From contig OZ116704.1 of NCBI GenBank assembly GCA_964199315.1, positions 14,384,001-14,448,000 of the forward strand: a stretch of DNA of 64,000 nt, written 5' to 3'. The notes under the pieces were generated by a model. That model did not search any database, was not told the DNA's origin, and worked only from the letters and a program-made list of their open reading frames with translations. Source of the stretch: Orbicella franksi. Lineage: Eukaryota. The translations under genes and the position numbers were made by a program. Each line of letters opens with the position of its first letter. The stretch's first letter is position 1. This document shows positions 63,301 to 64,000 of this stretch, in pieces.

Positions 63301-64000
63301 TAATGGTTGCAGAACAGGAGGGGCAGGGTGTAGGGTGCACCAGAGGTAACCTCAATAGGTGTGCCTTTGATTTTTTTAAAATACTTGTTCCCAATGTATT
63401 GGAGCCACCTAAACCTCCCTCCTCCTTAAAGGATCCTAGTCAACCACACCTTTGTTTTGTTTGCATACAAGAGGTTGGCTTTTATGTTTTATTCATAGCA
63501 TGTTAAAGCAAAGAAAATCACTGTGAAACTACTAAAGATAAAGGGACATACTATCAGGAACACAACTTACAGTAAAGCAGCAAGACTTCACCTGTAATAT
63601 CAATAATATTGATGGCCTCAAAAATAGCAAGGGCTGACGAGGGTCCTTTAAGAGGACAAGAACCCAACAATTACTGTATTATGCCTCATAGTCGTAGTTG
63701 CCTTATACATAAAAAATCTAATATTATTATAGTCCTGCACCTCTCTTGCCCCTAATGTTAGCAGGAATAATTTCTACATGTGGACAATAATTAAATAGGA
63801 ATGACAATCTCATCTATACTGTCTCACAGATGCCTTTTTATTTCTATTAAGTTTTATTTTTCGAGTATTTCATTGTGAAAGAATTAATAAACAAGATGAC
63901 ACTCTGTGTTGTCATCACAAAATATATTAAATATGGAAAGATACAGCAAATAACTATACTGCAATAATTTCATTTAAGCTTATTAATTTTTGTACAATAT

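Overview
Eukaryotic, AT-rich, repeat-dense genomic DNA. The SINE and MITE families suggest a cnidarian, probably a stony coral (inference). There are no prokaryotic genes, rRNA/tRNA genes or CRISPR arrays. The left end holds a decayed Ty3/Gypsy element whose gag-pol is inverted relative to its integrase/3' LTR. The right end holds a complete, very young BEL/Pao retrotransposon (499-bp LTRs, CTCAT target-site duplication). The main discovery lies at 11.87-27.7 kb and is invisible to the ORF track because it needs splicing: a tandem array of about 10-11 tiny two-coding-exon cassettes. Each begins MPGKS-like with a fixed N10/D14/G16/Y17 leader, has a variable middle, and ends, after a phase-1 intron, in a 26-37 nt micro-exon. 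In the intact cassettes that exon encodes a C-terminal CaaX prenylation motif (CTIL, CIIL, CTLT) and is followed by a second intron just after the stop. The array shows birth-and-death evolution: pseudogenes, a chimera, stop-loss variants and nested MITEs. Also present are a spliced RPA70-like OB-fold pseudogene near an AP-endonuclease remnant (Helitron/Helentron-like), a separate chain of symmetric phase-1 micro-exons, a candidate 46-aa membrane microprotein, and many SINE/MITE insertions. All gene models are hand-spliced predictions with no expression evidence.
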